NCBI GenBank assembly: GCA_964439975.1
Contig: CAYTPD010000003.1
Span: 764 to 64,763, forward strand
Length of the DNA: 64,000 nt
From: an uncultured Candidatus Saccharibacteria bacterium
GTDB taxonomy: Bacteria; Patescibacteriota; Saccharimonadia; Saccharimonadales; Saccharimonadaceae
Direction of reading: 5' to 3'
In this document: piece by piece, positions 45,126-56,495 of the stretch
How the letters are laid out: each line of letters starts with the position of its first letter
How positions within the stretch are numbered: the first letter of the stretch is position 1
The notes under the pieces: model-generated
What the model was told of the DNA's origin: nothing
What the model saw: the letters and a program-made list of their open reading frames with translations, nothing else
Databases searched by the model: none
Program-made: the position numbers and the translations under genes

Positions 45126-46310
45126 CTATTTGATGATTTTGGTAACCACACCAGAACCAACAGTCTTACCACCTTCACGGATAGCGAAGCGATCGTTATC
45201 GTTCATAGCAATTGGCTCGAGAAGCTTAACGTTGAAAGTGACAGTATCGCCAGGCATGACGATTTCCTTGTCAGCTGGAAGCTCAACTTCGCCAGTTACG
45301 TCCGTAGTGCGGAAGTAGAACTGAGGTTTATAACCCTTGGAGAATGGCGTATGGCGTCCGCCTTCTTCTTTCTTCAAGATGTAAACTTGGGCTTCAAACT
45401 CGGTGTGTGGAGTAATTGTGCCTGGAGCAGCCACGACTTGGCCACGCTCGATCTGATCGCGCTCAATACCGCGAAGCAGAAGACCTGCGTTGTCGCCAGC
45501 TTGACCTTGATCGAGAGTCTTATGGAAGGCTTCAATACCAGTGACGACGGATTTCTGAGTGTCTTTCAAACCGACAATTTCAACTTCGTCGTTCAATTTA
45601 ACAACACCGCGCTCAATACGACCGGTTGCGACTGTACCACGACCCTTGATCGAGAAGACGTCCTCAACAGGCATCAAGAATGGTTTGTCGAGATCGTGTT
45701 CAGGAATGTCGAAGTATTCGTCCATAGCCTTAACGAGGTCCATGATAGCTTGTTCGTTTTCAGCATCACCTTCAAGCGCCTTAGCTGCGGAACCCTTGAT
45801 GATTGGAGCGTTGTCGCCGTCGAAACCATATTTATTCAAAAGTTCGCGAACATCCATTTCAACTAGCTCGACGAGCTCAGGATCAGCAAGATCCATTTTG
45901 TTCAGGAAGACGATAATCTTCGGAACGTTCACCTGGTGAGCCAAGAGAACGTGCTCTTGAGTCTGAGGCAAAGGACCATCGTTCGCAGCAACCACGAGGA
46001 TCGCACCGTCGACCTGAGCAGCACCGGTAATCATGTTTTTAATGTAGTCGGCGTGACCAGGCATATCAACGTGAGCATAGTGTCGCTTGTCAGATTCATA
46101 CTCTTGGTGTGAGGTTGCGATCGTAATACCACGAGCTTTTTCCTCAGGGGCATTATCGATTTGGTCGTAAGCAACAGCTTTGTTGACTTCTGATGGGAGT
46201 TTTTTCGCGAGAACATTCGTAATCGCAGCCGTCAAGGTTGTTTTACCGTGGTCAACGTGGCCCATCGTACCAACGTTGATATGTGGCTTGGAACGGTCAA
46301 ATTCTGCCAT
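45126..46310 (-). CDS. tuf: elongation factor Tu
   Basis: [27 protein letters not shown]. Confidence 0.97.
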   Translation of the reverse strand: MAEFDRSKPHINVGTMGHVDHGKTTLTAAITNVLAKKLPSEVNKAVAYDQIDNAPEEKARGITIATSHQEYESDKRHYAHVDMPGHADYIKNMITGAAQVDGAILVVAANDGPLPQTQEHVLLAHQVNVPKIIVFLNKMDLADPELVELVEMDVRELLNKYGFDGDNAPIIKGSAAKALEGDAENEQAIMDLVKAMDEYFDIPEHDLDKPFLMPVEDVFSIKGRGTVATGRIERGVVKLNDEVEIVGLKDTQKSVVTGIEAFHKTLDQGQAGDNAGLLLRGIERDQIERGQVVAAPGTITPHTEFEAQVYILKKEEGGRHTPFSKGYKPQFYFRTTDVTGEVELPADKEIVMPGDTVTFNVKLLEPIAMNDNDRFAIREGGKTVGSGVVTKIIK

Positions 46311-46555
46311 TCTTTCTCCTTTTATGTATTATTTTGTCGGCGCACTAATAATAACCAGCTCCGACCCTACTCTATTATAGTATATGATTATTCTTGGATT
46401 GTAAAGAGGAAAACCTGGCAACCTGAAAATAACTTTGTGTCTATCGACGCGATATATGCACCGAGGCCTCTAAAATGCTTTAGACCCCAAGAAACTTGGG
46501 GTCATGAAAAAATGTTGTCTTGCACGAAGCGTATTAGGCAAACGAAGTAACTTCC

Positions 46556-46702
46556 TCAGCTCAAGAAGTAGGATAGGACCTTAACACTGAGTGCGACGCT
46601 TTGCTTGACTAAGAATGAGCCAAGGCTAATCAGGAGCAATAGCGCCAAGATTGAAATCACCAAAACAAGGAGACGTCGGAGCAAATCGAGAAAAAAATCC
46701 AT
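46556..46702 (-). CDS. small 48-aa single-TM protein (below the ORF-track size cut-off)
   Basis: Own translation: GGAGGTG, 5 nt, ATG. MDFFLDLLRRLLVLVISILALLLLISLGSFLVKQSVALSVKVLSYFLS. Starts 16 nt after the phosphoesterase stop. A GACCCCAAG/CTTGGGGTC terminator follows. Confidence 0.5.
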   Translation of the reverse strand: MDFFLDLLRRLLVLVISILALLLLISLGSFLVKQSVALSVKVLSYFLS

Positions 46703-46718
46703 AAATTCACCTCCGTTA

Positions 46719-47303
46719 CTAGAAAATGATGCTGGTGTAGTAGCCTTCCTTCACTGCGCGATATTCGTGCGCGATCAGTTCTTCGGAAACTAGCCGACCC
46801 CAAGCATCAATGCCGACGTTAATAAGTGGCGAATCGAAATTGATGATTTGGGTGCGCCAAACACCATGAACGTGACCGCAGAAAGCTGGCATCGACAGGC
46901 TAAAGCCGATCAATTCGGCTGGACGATGTGAAGCTCGCCAGGTGCCGAAATTTGGAATCTCGATAAACTCAACTGAATGATCATGCTCACCAAAAATCTC
47001 AAGGCGATTGCGACGTTTCTTTGCGTGAAGAAAAACTTGTTCGGTGAAATGAGGAATTTTCATCTCGCGATTGCCAGGCATGTAGTGAATACGACAATCT
47101 GGGAGTTCATCCAAAAACTCCAAACTACAAGAATGACTAACCATGTCGCCGAGCAGATAGAGATCGTCGTCGGGCTGAATCAGCCGGTGACACTCCGCCA
47201 GCCACTCTTCCTTGAGCTGATCGGTCGGCTTCGGTCGCAGGTAGATATGCGAGCCTGGCGCGTATGGATCATCGAGGTGCCAATCCGATGTTAGATAAAT
47301 CAT
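46719..47303 (-). CDS. calcineurin-like metallophosphoesterase
   Basis: LTSDWHLDD, LLGDMVSH, GNRE and GHVHG motifs. GGAGGGG SD. Confidence 0.75.
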   Translation of the reverse strand: MIYLTSDWHLDDPYAPGSHIYLRPKPTDQLKEEWLAECHRLIQPDDDLYLLGDMVSHSCSLEFLDELPDCRIHYMPGNREMKIPHFTEQVFLHAKKRRNRLEIFGEHDHSVEFIEIPNFGTWRASHRPAELIGFSLSMPAFCGHVHGVWRTQIINFDSPLINVGIDAWGRLVSEELIAHEYRAVKEGYYTSIIF

Positions 47304-47557
47304 TTAATACCCCTCCTTTTAAATGTTGCGTGCAAGTTTTCCAAAGAACCTAAGGTCAAAAAATCGCTCCGAACCTTATTAGAAAACTTGGGCGCTGGTT
47401 TAATACCTTATCCTTCTATTGTAGCACACCTTGTTAAAAAAGTCAAGGTTTTCTGGCGAAATTCGGTCTTGTTTTTCTTCCGGACAAAGACAGTAAAGCA
47501 GAATAGTGCTATGCTTGACATTTTTCGTATGCTTTAGTATAATTATAAGTAGTTATT

Positions 47558-48682
47558 ATGTTGCGTGTGTGGAAAAATCGGCAACTTGGCGTGAAGTTCG
47601 TGAATCCAATCATCGGGATTGTGACGATGATTTTGATCGCTCAAGGATCGCTGGTTGCGCTGGCGGAGGGCCGTTCACTCGAACCAGGATCATCGGGTCT
47701 CCAACCGACAGACAATGTGGACACCACGGAGGCTACTGAAGCTGGAGAGTTGGGCGATTTGGAGCCTGAGGATGAAAGTGACGCCGGGAAGGACGGTGAG
47801 GACGATGAACAGCTGGCGGGTGGCCAGGATAAAACCGAACCGACGCTCGAGGAAGAACAAAGCAGTGAAGTTGGTTTTGTCCAGCAAGCACAAATCGAGG
47901 AGCGGGAGTTAGCACAATTAGCGGAAAAGCGGACGCCGCCAGTTTTGCGTAATAATAGTGGATATATTGATTTGCAGGCTACGGTCGAGAGCTGGGCGAG
48001 CAACACCGCAGGAAAGGTTGCCGTGGAGGTTTTTGATCTGGATTATGGTCGGGTGGTAGCGAGTTATCAGGCGAGTAGCGCCATGCGTCCGAAATCACTC
48101 TATAAATTGTTTTATGCTTATGACGGATATACGCAAGTGAGTAAGGGCGCGGAAGATGCGAATCAGCCATATCTAGGCGAGACGAGCCTAGGGCATTGCT
48201 TGGATATTATGATTCGGAACTCGGACAATCCCTGCGCAGAGGCGATGCTTGATGATCCGGTCCGCGCGAGTAGAGTCGGAGCGTTGGTGAGCGGTCTAGG
48301 TTTGAGCCAGACCCAGGCGGACGGGCTATTAACTTCAGCACACGACGTATCGCGACTATTACAACAATATTGGGTGCACCCTGGCTGGTCGAGTGAGGCA
48401 TGGACAAAATTCTTAAATTCGGCGTTAAGCCAGCCTGCACGTTTGCGCAGAGGTCTGCCGAGCGGACTACAAAGCGCAACGGTCTATAACAAAGCGGGTT
48501 TTGGACCGAGTGAGAGCGGTTATGTTTATAATGATGCAGCAATTGTCAGCTTTCCGGGTAATGGCGCGAACGGGGGTCGCGCGCGACATTATATCGTAGT
48601 AGTTATGACGGCGGGGGCGTCGCAGGCTAGTCTTGCAGATCTAGGCGCAAGGCTGGAGCGCGCAATTATGTATAATCAATAA
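47558..48682 (+). CDS. membrane-anchored serine hydrolase of the class-A beta-lactamase / DD-peptidase type with an acidic linker
   Basis: SxxK (KSLYKLF), SDN (RNSDNPCAE) and KxG (YNKAGFG) motifs. N-terminal TM IIGIVTMILIAQGSLVALA. Confidence 0.7.
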   Translation: MLRVWKNRQLGVKFVNPIIGIVTMILIAQGSLVALAEGRSLEPGSSGLQPTDNVDTTEATEAGELGDLEPEDESDAGKDGEDDEQLAGGQDKTEPTLEEEQSSEVGFVQQAQIEERELAQLAEKRTPPVLRNNSGYIDLQATVESWASNTAGKVAVEVFDLDYGRVVASYQASSAMRPKSLYKLFYAYDGYTQVSKGAEDANQPYLGETSLGHCLDIMIRNSDNPCAEAMLDDPVRASRVGALVSGLGLSQTQADGLLTSAHDVSRLLQQYWVHPGWSSEAWTKFLNSALSQPARLRRGLPSGLQSATVYNKAGFGPSESGYVYNDAAIVSFPGNGANGGRARHYIVVVMTAGASQASLADLGARLERAIMYNQ

Positions 48683-48833
48683 AATGGGAGGGACAGATTA
48701 GACAAACAGAGCAAGTCCAGCCTCAAAGTATCGAGGTTTTTGAGCCAGAGCTTGAATTCATCTTGCGCTGATAGGCAGGTTTCGCGGAGAGAACTCCGCC
48801 GGTAAGGCTGGCGGAGTTTTAGTGTGGCGCAGC

Positions 48834-49229
48834 TCAGCGCAAGTGATAAATCCGGTTTCTTAGACGGTCGATTTGGTCTTGCAGAAATGCCATATCACTG
48901 ATTGAGAAAAAGCTGAGTGAGTTATTTTTGCAACAAGCGGGTATAGCTAACGCTACCATGAGCATTAATAAGCCAAGAAAGATTATGACATCGGATATAA
49001 TTCTAAGATCGGGGTTTTGCGATGCGCCAAATTCTTGACCTAATGTACCAAAAATCAGAGTAAAGCCACCGCCAAAAGCCATGAGCAATATCGCTACTAC
49101 ACCAGGAGTAAACCACGCTAGACGATAACTTGGGTAAGCAATGTCAGAATACTCGGATGCCTCTATCCTCAAGGTGTCATATTCGGCAAGCATATCCCGA
49201 AATTTCCGCTGTCGTTTCTTGAAGAACAT
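48834..49229 (-). CDS. hypothetical membrane protein (2-3 TM)
   Basis: ATG 49229 lies after GGAGGTG with a 9-nt gap. TM VVAILLMAFGGGFTLIFG and VIIFLGLLMLMVALAIPA. Confidence 0.55.
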   Translation of the reverse strand: MFFKKRQRKFRDMLAEYDTLRIEASEYSDIAYPSYRLAWFTPGVVAILLMAFGGGFTLIFGTLGQEFGASQNPDLRIISDVIIFLGLLMLMVALAIPACCKNNSLSFFSISDMAFLQDQIDRLRNRIYHLR

Positions 49230-49318
49230 GGAATACTGCACCTCCTTTCTATTTAAGGATCATTATGAATAATTACATAACAGTTACCCAGTATTATACT
49301 CGGAAATCACGCTATGCG

Positions 49319-49627
49319 TCAATCTTCATCGAGAAGCGAGATGATCTGGGCGCCGTATTTTTCGAAGTCGGCTTTGACGTCGGGGCGGTCGAGCCAGTCG
49401 AAGGCACTGGTTTTGCCGACATAGCCAACCTTTTTACGAATTTGGCGCCCCGTCGGGTGGCGATGCGCGGTATCGGCATAACCGTTTTCATAAACCCATT
49501 CCTCAAGTACGAGGATGTCGCCCGGCTCACAAGCAAAATCATTAATTCTATATTCGAAAGTTTTCTGACCGCTAGCGATGAGGTCGAAGTATTCGGAGCT
49601 GATTTTCTTATGGATTTCCTTCGACAT
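49319..49627 (-). CDS. ASCH/DUF3850-like small protein
   Basis: EYFDLIASGQKTFEYRINDFACEPGDILVLEE pattern. 2 nt after the uvrB stop. Confidence 0.55.
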   Translation of the reverse strand: MSKEIHKKISSEYFDLIASGQKTFEYRINDFACEPGDILVLEEWVYENGYADTAHRHPTGRQIRKKVGYVGKTSAFDWLDRPDVKADFEKYGAQIISLLDED

Positions 49628-49629
49628 GG

Positions 49630-51741
49630 TTAATTCCCTTTCTTGGATTGTTTCTTGTTTTGTTGGTTAGCTTTGATCTCTTCAATCTGGTCGCGGAGGA
49701 GGGCGGCCTGCTCGAAGTCAAGATTGGCGGCCGCAAGTTGCATTTGCGACTGTAGTTCTTTGATCAGGCTGGGTAGCTCCTCGGGCGGAATGCGCTTAAG
49801 GTCGAGTTTCGTCACTTCTTCCTTCTCGGGAATAATCGCCCGCAAGCCGGCGCCAATTTCTTTCTTGACGGAGCGGGGGGTGATGTTGTGCTCGATGTTG
49901 TACTGCATTTGGATTTCGCGGCGACGGTTGGTTTCGGTGATGGCGCGCTCCATACTTTCAGTAATCTGGTCCGCATACATGATAACTTTGCCGTGTTCGT
50001 GACGGGCAGCGCGACCGACGGTCTGGATCAAGGCGCTCTCCGAGCGCAAAAATCCTTCCTTGTCGGCATCGAGAATGGCGACCAGCGAAACTTCAGGGAG
50101 ATCGAGTCCTTCGCGCAAGAGGTTGATGCCGACAAGGACATCATAAACTCCAGACCGGAGGTCGCGCAGAATATCACCTCTTTCCAACGTATCGATGTCG
50201 GAATGAATATACGCTACTTTAATGTCGCGCTCTTTGAGATAATCTGTCAAATCTTCGGCCATGCGCTTGGTCAAGGTTGTGACTAGGGTGCGCTGATTTT
50301 TTGCGATACGTTGCTCGATTTCTTGCATAAGATCGTCGATTTGACCCTCAGAGCCACGCACCTCGATCTCTGGATCGAGGAGGCCAGTAGGTCGAATGAC
50401 CTGCTGGGCGGGCTCGGGCGAGTTTTCTAACTCGTACGAGCCCGGCGTGGCGGAGACATAAATGGCCTGGGAAATGTGTTTTTGGAACTCGGGAAAGGTC
50501 AAGGGACGATTATCCAAAGCACTGGGCAGGCGGAAACCATATTCGACAAGGGTAGACTTGCGAGCATGATCACCATTATACATGCCCCGAACTTGAGGCA
50601 AGGTCATGTGGCTTTCGTCGACCAAGAGCAGGAAATCCTTCGGAAAGAAATCAAGCAAAGTGGCTGGCGGTTGACCAGGGCGACGACCATCGAGATGACG
50701 CGAATAGTTCTCAATTCCCTTCACGAAGCCAGTTTCTTTAAGCATTTCGAGATCATATTTCGTACGTTGCGACAAACGTTGTGCTTCTAATAGCTTATCG
50801 TGGCGCTCGAAATATTTTAAACGCTCCTGATATTCGTGTTCGATACCGATGATGGCACGCTCGAGCTGGTCTTTCGGAGTGGCGTAGTGGGTGTTTGGAA
50901 AGATGTGGATCCGATCAGGTTTTTCGCGCGTTTCACCGGTCAAAGGATCAATGATCCGCACTTCTTCCAAGGTATCAAACGCGAATTCAAAGCGATAGGC
51001 CCATTCCCCGCTAGCTGGAAAAACATCGACAGTATCACCCCGCACACGAAAATTTCCTCGCTCGAACGCAAGATCGTTACGATGATATTGCATAGCGACT
51101 AGATAAATCAAGAAATTCTGTTGGCTAAGCGAATTATCGGCCTGCGTCAGCGAATCAACCAATAACTTAGGCGAAAAAATCCCGCCGTCATTGTCGCGCG
51201 TCCCTAGATCTCCCCACCAATTTCCAGAGCCAGCAATTCGCCACCGACCGTCAAGTTTAATGAGGGGTAGGGACATTTCGGTATAGTGATCAGGCGAACC
51301 AATACCATAAATACAAGACACTGAAGCCACGACAATCGTGTCGGGTCTCGTCAATAGAGCGACTGTGGCGGCATGACGCAAACGATCGATCTCGTCGTTA
51401 ATCGCGGAGTCTTTTTCAATATAAGTGTCGGTCGAAGCAATGTAGGCTTCGGGTTGATAATAATCAAAATAGCTGACGAAATAATGCACTTCATTTTTAG
51501 GAAAAAACTCACGAAATTCGGCATATAACTGCGCAGCTAGGGTCTTATTATGCGCAAGAATCAAGGTCGGTTTCTGAGCGTTTTGGATAATATTCGCCAT
51601 GGTAAAAGTTTTTCCCGAACCAGTCACGCCCAGCAAAGTCTGTTCACGCACGCCAGCTTTCAGTCCTTCGGTCAACTGTTTGATCGCGAAAGGCTGGTCG
51701 CCGGTGGGCTGATATTTTGAGACTAGTTCAAATTTCGGCAT
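49630..51741 (-). CDS. uvrB: excinuclease ABC subunit B
   Basis: [25 protein letters not shown] and C-terminal UVR ([14 protein letters not shown]). ATG lies 6 nt after TGGTATAAT. Confidence 0.95.
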   Translation of the reverse strand: MPKFELVSKYQPTGDQPFAIKQLTEGLKAGVREQTLLGVTGSGKTFTMANIIQNAQKPTLILAHNKTLAAQLYAEFREFFPKNEVHYFVSYFDYYQPEAYIASTDTYIEKDSAINDEIDRLRHAATVALLTRPDTIVVASVSCIYGIGSPDHYTEMSLPLIKLDGRWRIAGSGNWWGDLGTRDNDGGIFSPKLLVDSLTQADNSLSQQNFLIYLVAMQYHRNDLAFERGNFRVRGDTVDVFPASGEWAYRFEFAFDTLEEVRIIDPLTGETREKPDRIHIFPNTHYATPKDQLERAIIGIEHEYQERLKYFERHDKLLEAQRLSQRTKYDLEMLKETGFVKGIENYSRHLDGRRPGQPPATLLDFFPKDFLLLVDESHMTLPQVRGMYNGDHARKSTLVEYGFRLPSALDNRPLTFPEFQKHISQAIYVSATPGSYELENSPEPAQQVIRPTGLLDPEIEVRGSEGQIDDLMQEIEQRIAKNQRTLVTTLTKRMAEDLTDYLKERDIKVAYIHSDIDTLERGDILRDLRSGVYDVLVGINLLREGLDLPEVSLVAILDADKEGFLRSESALIQTVGRAARHEHGKVIMYADQITESMERAITETNRRREIQMQYNIEHNITPRSVKKEIGAGLRAIIPEKEEVTKLDLKRIPPEELPSLIKELQSQMQLAAANLDFEQAALLRDQIEEIKANQQNKKQSKKGN

Positions 51742-51899
51742 GGATATATTATACCATATCTTACTTCTGATTGTAAAATTGGCGCGTGGTGAAATATTTT
51801 CTCTTAAGTAGACTTCTCAAAGGTTCGTTAAATATGATAAAAGTAGCCCTACGAGGCTACTTTTACGTGGTCAGCCATGAGTCCCATTACGAATTATCG

Positions 51900-52427
51900 T
51901 TATTGAACACCGTACGTCTGATTAGCTTCAGCATAAATATCCTCATCATGCTCAATCCATGCTTCGACCAGAGCAAGCTCGTCTTTTTGAAAAAGATAAC
52001 AGTGACCCGGTCGGAAGTGAGGCTGTTTTGGATTCAGAGCGTTGGTGACCAAAAAATAAAATTTATACCGCGTGCCTGGGATAAGATAGCGACGTCTCAA
52101 ATATTGGAATCTATTGCCGTCGTCTGTTAGTGAATTCCCGATTCTTTCCGCTCGCGTTCGTAGCTTGTCAAAATCAGGTGCTGTCTCTTTTGGCGCAGCT
52201 TGTACGTAGCTTTCACTTTCTTCATCCTTTATAGGTATCATCTTGAGTTTTCTAGTCAAGAATAGGAAAGTCAATAGCTTCGCAGTATCCTCAGTAACCA
52301 AAACTTCCTCCCCTGCAGAAGAATTGTGGTCAAAGAAACTAATTTTTGTACCTTCTTTGTCTGTGAAAACATTACAGTCGTAGCCAATATTCTTTAGAAT
52401 TGTTGTCATCTGTTCGCATTGTCTCAT
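51900..52427 (-). CDS. hypothetical protein (175 aa)
   Basis: GGAGGT SD. Own TTGACT-N17-TACAAT promoter about 130 nt upstream. Confidence 0.55.
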   Translation of the reverse strand: MRQCEQMTTILKNIGYDCNVFTDKEGTKISFFDHNSSAGEEVLVTEDTAKLLTFLFLTRKLKMIPIKDEESESYVQAAPKETAPDFDKLRTRAERIGNSLTDDGNRFQYLRRRYLIPGTRYKFYFLVTNALNPKQPHFRPGHCYLFQKDELALVEAWIEHDEDIYAEANQTYGVQ

Positions 52428-52693
52428 AACCCATACCTCCTTTTGGATAGTCGAAGACTACTACTTGATAATAAGATAGTCTTCTTTCTATCCAAAAAGC
52501 GTAAAACTAACCGTAAGATTCGATAAGTCACATATAAGTAGATTCTTATGGTACTTATCTTTTCATTGTATCATAGATAAACGAAAAAGTCAATATTTAC
52601 AAAAGAAATTTAGGTATTTTGTCGAGTTTTGAGTGAAATTTGTATATTTTCGTAGCTTTAAACCCCCGATGAACGGGGGTTTAGGATTAGAGA

Positions 52694-53323
52694 TTAGACT
52701 AGTCCATCAGGCAAGGCTTCTAAGCCAAAAAAGACCAGATAGGTCGCGCCGGCGGGAACTTCTACCTCAATCGTCAATTTTGAGCCCTCAGGCGCTTCAG
52801 TAACACGCGAGCGAAAAGGGACGTCCTGACGCGAGGTTTGGTCATGGATCGAAATTTCGCCTTCGCTGGAATAGAGACTGAGACTAGTGGAGGGAGCAAT
52901 CAAGCTGAGGCGTGAGGTTAATTCGCCAGAATCCCAGGCGATCCGTGCCTCGGCAAAGCTGGTGGGATGATCAACTTCAAAATCACTCGATTCGGCTAAT
53001 TTCGCCGGATGTGAAACTTCGACTTGGGCAGTTTGATTTTCGGAAGAAGTGTTATGGCAATAGACAACTAGGGTATAATAATGTTCTCCTTCAAGCTCTG
53101 CTTCTCCACTCTGAAATTCCGAAACATTTGCCATGCTAGTCGTAAAATCCGCCAAGCGAAAGAAATCAGCTTCGTTTCCCCACTCTTCGGCCTCGACCTC
53201 TGTATTAAAAGGGGAGTCCTCTGGGATCACGGGTGTTTCGATCGGGGTTTTCTTGGCCTCACAACCAGGTAATAAAATGGCGCACGACAGAATAATAGCT
53301 ATGACTTTTGAGATATTTTTCAT
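52694..53323 (-). CDS. hypothetical lipoprotein
   Basis: MKNISKVIAIILSCAILLPGC lipobox. AGGAGGAG SD. Terminator AAACCCCCG-ATGAA-CGGGGGTTT downstream. Confidence 0.65.
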   Translation of the reverse strand: MKNISKVIAIILSCAILLPGCEAKKTPIETPVIPEDSPFNTEVEAEEWGNEADFFRLADFTTSMANVSEFQSGEAELEGEHYYTLVVYCHNTSSENQTAQVEVSHPAKLAESSDFEVDHPTSFAEARIAWDSGELTSRLSLIAPSTSLSLYSSEGEISIHDQTSRQDVPFRSRVTEAPEGSKLTIEVEVPAGATYLVFFGLEALPDGLV

Positions 53324-53584
53324 GATATCTCCTCCTTTCTAAAAAGAACTACTCTGCTATTTTGAAAAAATAAACAAGGCTACTCCTTCTATTGTATCAC
53401 AGATTTACATAAATGTCAATAGATTGCGCCGAAAAATGGTATATGTATTGACTTTTTTGATGTGATAGATTCCTGCTAGCCCATTGGAGGGCTGTGGCTT
53501 TAGTTACGGCTCCTTGTCGTTTGTCATGCTATTGTCACTTTCGTTTTGTAAAATCGGAGATATAATCTAAACAAGGAATTAAAA

Positions 53585-54262
53585 ATGAAGATACTTGAGG
53601 TGAATCACCTATGCAAGATCTATGGTAAGGGCGATAATGTCGTCAATGCCGTGGACGACGTCAGTTTTTCGATCGATGAGGGAGAGTTTGTGGCGATTGT
53701 CGGCGCTAGTGGCTCTGGAAAATCGACACTTTTGCATCTCCTGGGAGGGGTGGATCGGCCGACTAGTGGTAAAGTTTTGATCGATGGGCGCGACATCTAT
53801 AAGATGTCAGACGATGCCTTGGCGATTTTTCGACGGCGACAAATCGGCATTATCTATCAGTTTTATAATTTAATTCCAATCCTCGATGTGCGTGAAAATA
53901 TTACTTTGCCCCAAGATCTTGATGGTAAACCGGTGAACGAAAAACGGCTAAGCGAGCTGATTAATATTCTGGGGCTCGAAGAACGGATTGAGCATCTACC
54001 TAATCAGCTTTCGGGTGGACAACAGCAACGCGTCTCGATCGGTCGAGCCTTGATTAATGATCCGGCAATTATTCTGGCAGACGAGCCGACGGGTAACTTA
54101 GACTCGAAGGCGGGAGACGAAATCGTTTCCCTGCTCAAATTGTCGAACCAAAAATATCATCAAACGATCGTGATCATTACGCATGATCTTGAGATTGCGA
54201 AACAAGCAGACCGCGTCATTACCTTCGAGGATGGACGCATCGCCAAAGATGAGCAAATTTAA
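53585..54262 (+). CDS. ABC transporter ATP-binding protein (MacB/BceA-type)
   Basis: [37 protein letters not shown]. Confidence 0.9.
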   Translation: MKILEVNHLCKIYGKGDNVVNAVDDVSFSIDEGEFVAIVGASGSGKSTLLHLLGGVDRPTSGKVLIDGRDIYKMSDDALAIFRRRQIGIIYQFYNLIPILDVRENITLPQDLDGKPVNEKRLSELINILGLEERIEHLPNQLSGGQQQRVSIGRALINDPAIILADEPTGNLDSKAGDEIVSLLKLSNQKYHQTIVIITHDLEIAKQADRVITFEDGRIAKDEQI

Positions 54263-54278
54263 GGGCGGAGGAGAAAAA

Positions 54279-56471
54279 ATGAAGGTTTTACAACGCCTGA
54301 CAATGGAAAATTTACAAAAGAATAAGCGACGGACGCTAGTGACGGTCGTGGGCGTCGTGCTGGCTTCGGCGCTGATTCTGGCGGTGGCGGGAATGGTAAC
54401 CAGTTTTCAACAGATGATGATAAATTATGCGAAGACTAACGTCGGCGATTATCATGATATGTACGAATCGGTACCAGCGGAAGATTTAAAATATATTGAA
54501 AATAATAATTATGTCGACAGTTTCTTCTATTCAAAAGTGATTACGAAGGAAGCGCTTGGCGACGATTATGAATTTTATCAAAACAAATATGCGCATGCGC
54601 CTTATGATCAAGAGTTGTACGAAAAGCTAGACAGTCTGCCAACGGGAGAAAAAGGCGCAGAATATAACATTTTTGTTCGCTATAAACAGCCGAAGGAATA
54701 TGCTGTGGCGGAGGAAAATATTTTGCAGGCCATGATGAACGCGAGCGGACGCGATATTAACGTACGGACGAACAACGAACTGTTGCGATATGAAGGCATG
54801 GTGATGGCGGATGCAGCGCTGGCATCGCTATATTCCGTGGCGACGATTGTGATTGGTATTATTGTCGTGACCAGCGTTTTTGTTATTCGGAATAGTTTTA
54901 GTATTTCTGCGACGGAACGGGCGCGCCAATTTGGTATGCTGGCGAGCATTGGCGCAACGCCACGGCAGATTCGACATAGTGTGATTTTTGAAGGACTAGT
55001 CATCGCAGGGATCGGAATTCCTTTGGGCATGATTTGTGGGGTTGTAGCGGTGATCATTTTAGTCGGCGTGGTGAATTATTTGCTCGGCGACATGATCGTA
55101 ACCGCGGTAGAATTCTCAATGCCTTTGTGGGTCTTTGGCGTAGCGATCATCTTGGGATTATCGACGGTTTTGCTAGCGAGTTTAATGCCGGCAATCCGAG
55201 CGGCGCGAATGTCACCGATCGAAGCGATTCGTGGCAACCAGGATTTGAAAATTAAGCCGAAGAAATTACATAGCTCAAAAATTGTGCACCGAATGTTCGG
55301 TATCGGTGGCGTGATCGCGGATAAAAACATTAAACGAAGCCGAAAGAAATATCGCACAACGGTGATTTCGATCGTTATCTCAGTCGCAACCTTTATCGGT
55401 CTGTCAAGTTTCATGGGCTATGGTGAAAAAACTTTGGATCTGCAATTCCGCGATGCCGGCTATGACTTTACCGTTGGCAACGCACCGCGCAAACTTTGCG
55501 ACGAGATTGTCCAAAAATTCGACATTAAGGATTATGCTTATTATTGGGCAGCCAAATCAGTGAATAGTGAAGTCCTGATCATGAACGAAAAAGCGTTTGA
55601 AGATTATGCTAAATCACTACATATTTACACAAAAGACTATAGTAAAGTCGCGATCATGAATGATTATGCGCTGACCCTTAATGAGGACGGTAGTTACGCG
55701 GTTGAGCGATTGCATGATACTAAAGACGGCGATAACTATGCGGTCGAAATTTATACAAAAACCAAAGCTGATGGAAAAGTCGACTTTGACTCGGTTCATA
55801 AAGTCGACCTGCCGATCACAAAAATAACAGAAGATGCGCCGCTAGGATTAAAGGGGATACCTGGAATCTATGTGTCGGAGAAATATTATCAACTAGATCA
55901 ATTAGGTCCGCAGTTTGAGCTTACAACGATGTATGCGCGAGAGCTAAAGGATTTGGAGGCGGCAACAAAATACACTGAGGACTTAGTACAGAATACTCCG
56001 GAATATAGTGGTGTATTTGTAAAAAATGTGGCAGAGCTTATGGAACAGCAACGACGTATGTATCTAATGATTGCGATTTTTCTCTATGGGTTTGTGATAG
56101 TGGTCGTGTTGATTGGGATTACTAACATCTTTAATACGATTACAACCAACATTGCATTGCGTTCGAAAGAGTTTGCAATGTTGAAATCGATCGGTATGAC
56201 CAGCCACGAGTTTAATCGTATGATACGGTTGGAGAGTTTAATGTATAGCGGAAAAGCTTTGCTGATTGGTCTGCCACTGGGTCTCCTCTTATCCTTCGGG
56301 TTTTATAAATCATTGACGGGGACGATTGACTTTGGCTTCATCGTACCCTGGGGGTCAATCTTTATCGCCATTCTGGCCGTGGGAATCTTGATTTGGGCAA
56401 TCATGAATTATTCCGTCCGCCAGGTCGAGAAACAGAACATTATTGAAGCGATTCGAGATGAAAACATCTAG
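54279..56471 (+). CDS. FtsX-family ABC permease (BceB/MacB-like, two FtsX modules with a large extracytoplasmic domain)
   Basis: ATG 54279 lies after GGAGGAG. MPAIRAARMSPIEAIRG and ALRSKEFAMLKSIGMT FtsX signatures. Confidence 0.8.
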   Translation: MKVLQRLTMENLQKNKRRTLVTVVGVVLASALILAVAGMVTSFQQMMINYAKTNVGDYHDMYESVPAEDLKYIENNNYVDSFFYSKVITKEALGDDYEFYQNKYAHAPYDQELYEKLDSLPTGEKGAEYNIFVRYKQPKEYAVAEENILQAMMNASGRDINVRTNNELLRYEGMVMADAALASLYSVATIVIGIIVVTSVFVIRNSFSISATERARQFGMLASIGATPRQIRHSVIFEGLVIAGIGIPLGMICGVVAVIILVGVVNYLLGDMIVTAVEFSMPLWVFGVAIILGLSTVLLASLMPAIRAARMSPIEAIRGNQDLKIKPKKLHSSKIVHRMFGIGGVIADKNIKRSRKKYRTTVISIVISVATFIGLSSFMGYGEKTLDLQFRDAGYDFTVGNAPRKLCDEIVQKFDIKDYAYYWAAKSVNSEVLIMNEKAFEDYAKSLHIYTKDYSKVAIMNDYALTLNEDGSYAVERLHDTKDGDNYAVEIYTKTKADGKVDFDSVHKVDLPITKITEDAPLGLKGIPGIYVSEKYYQLDQLGPQFELTTMYARELKDLEAATKYTEDLVQNTPEYSGVFVKNVAELMEQQRRMYLMIAIFLYGFVIVVVLIGITNIFNTITTNIALRSKEFAMLKSIGMTSHEFNRMIRLESLMYSGKALLIGLPLGLLLSFGFYKSLTGTIDFGFIVPWGSIFIAILAVGILIWAIMNYSVRQVEKQNIIEAIRDENI

Positions 56472-56495
56472 GCAAAATATTGTATAATATATATT

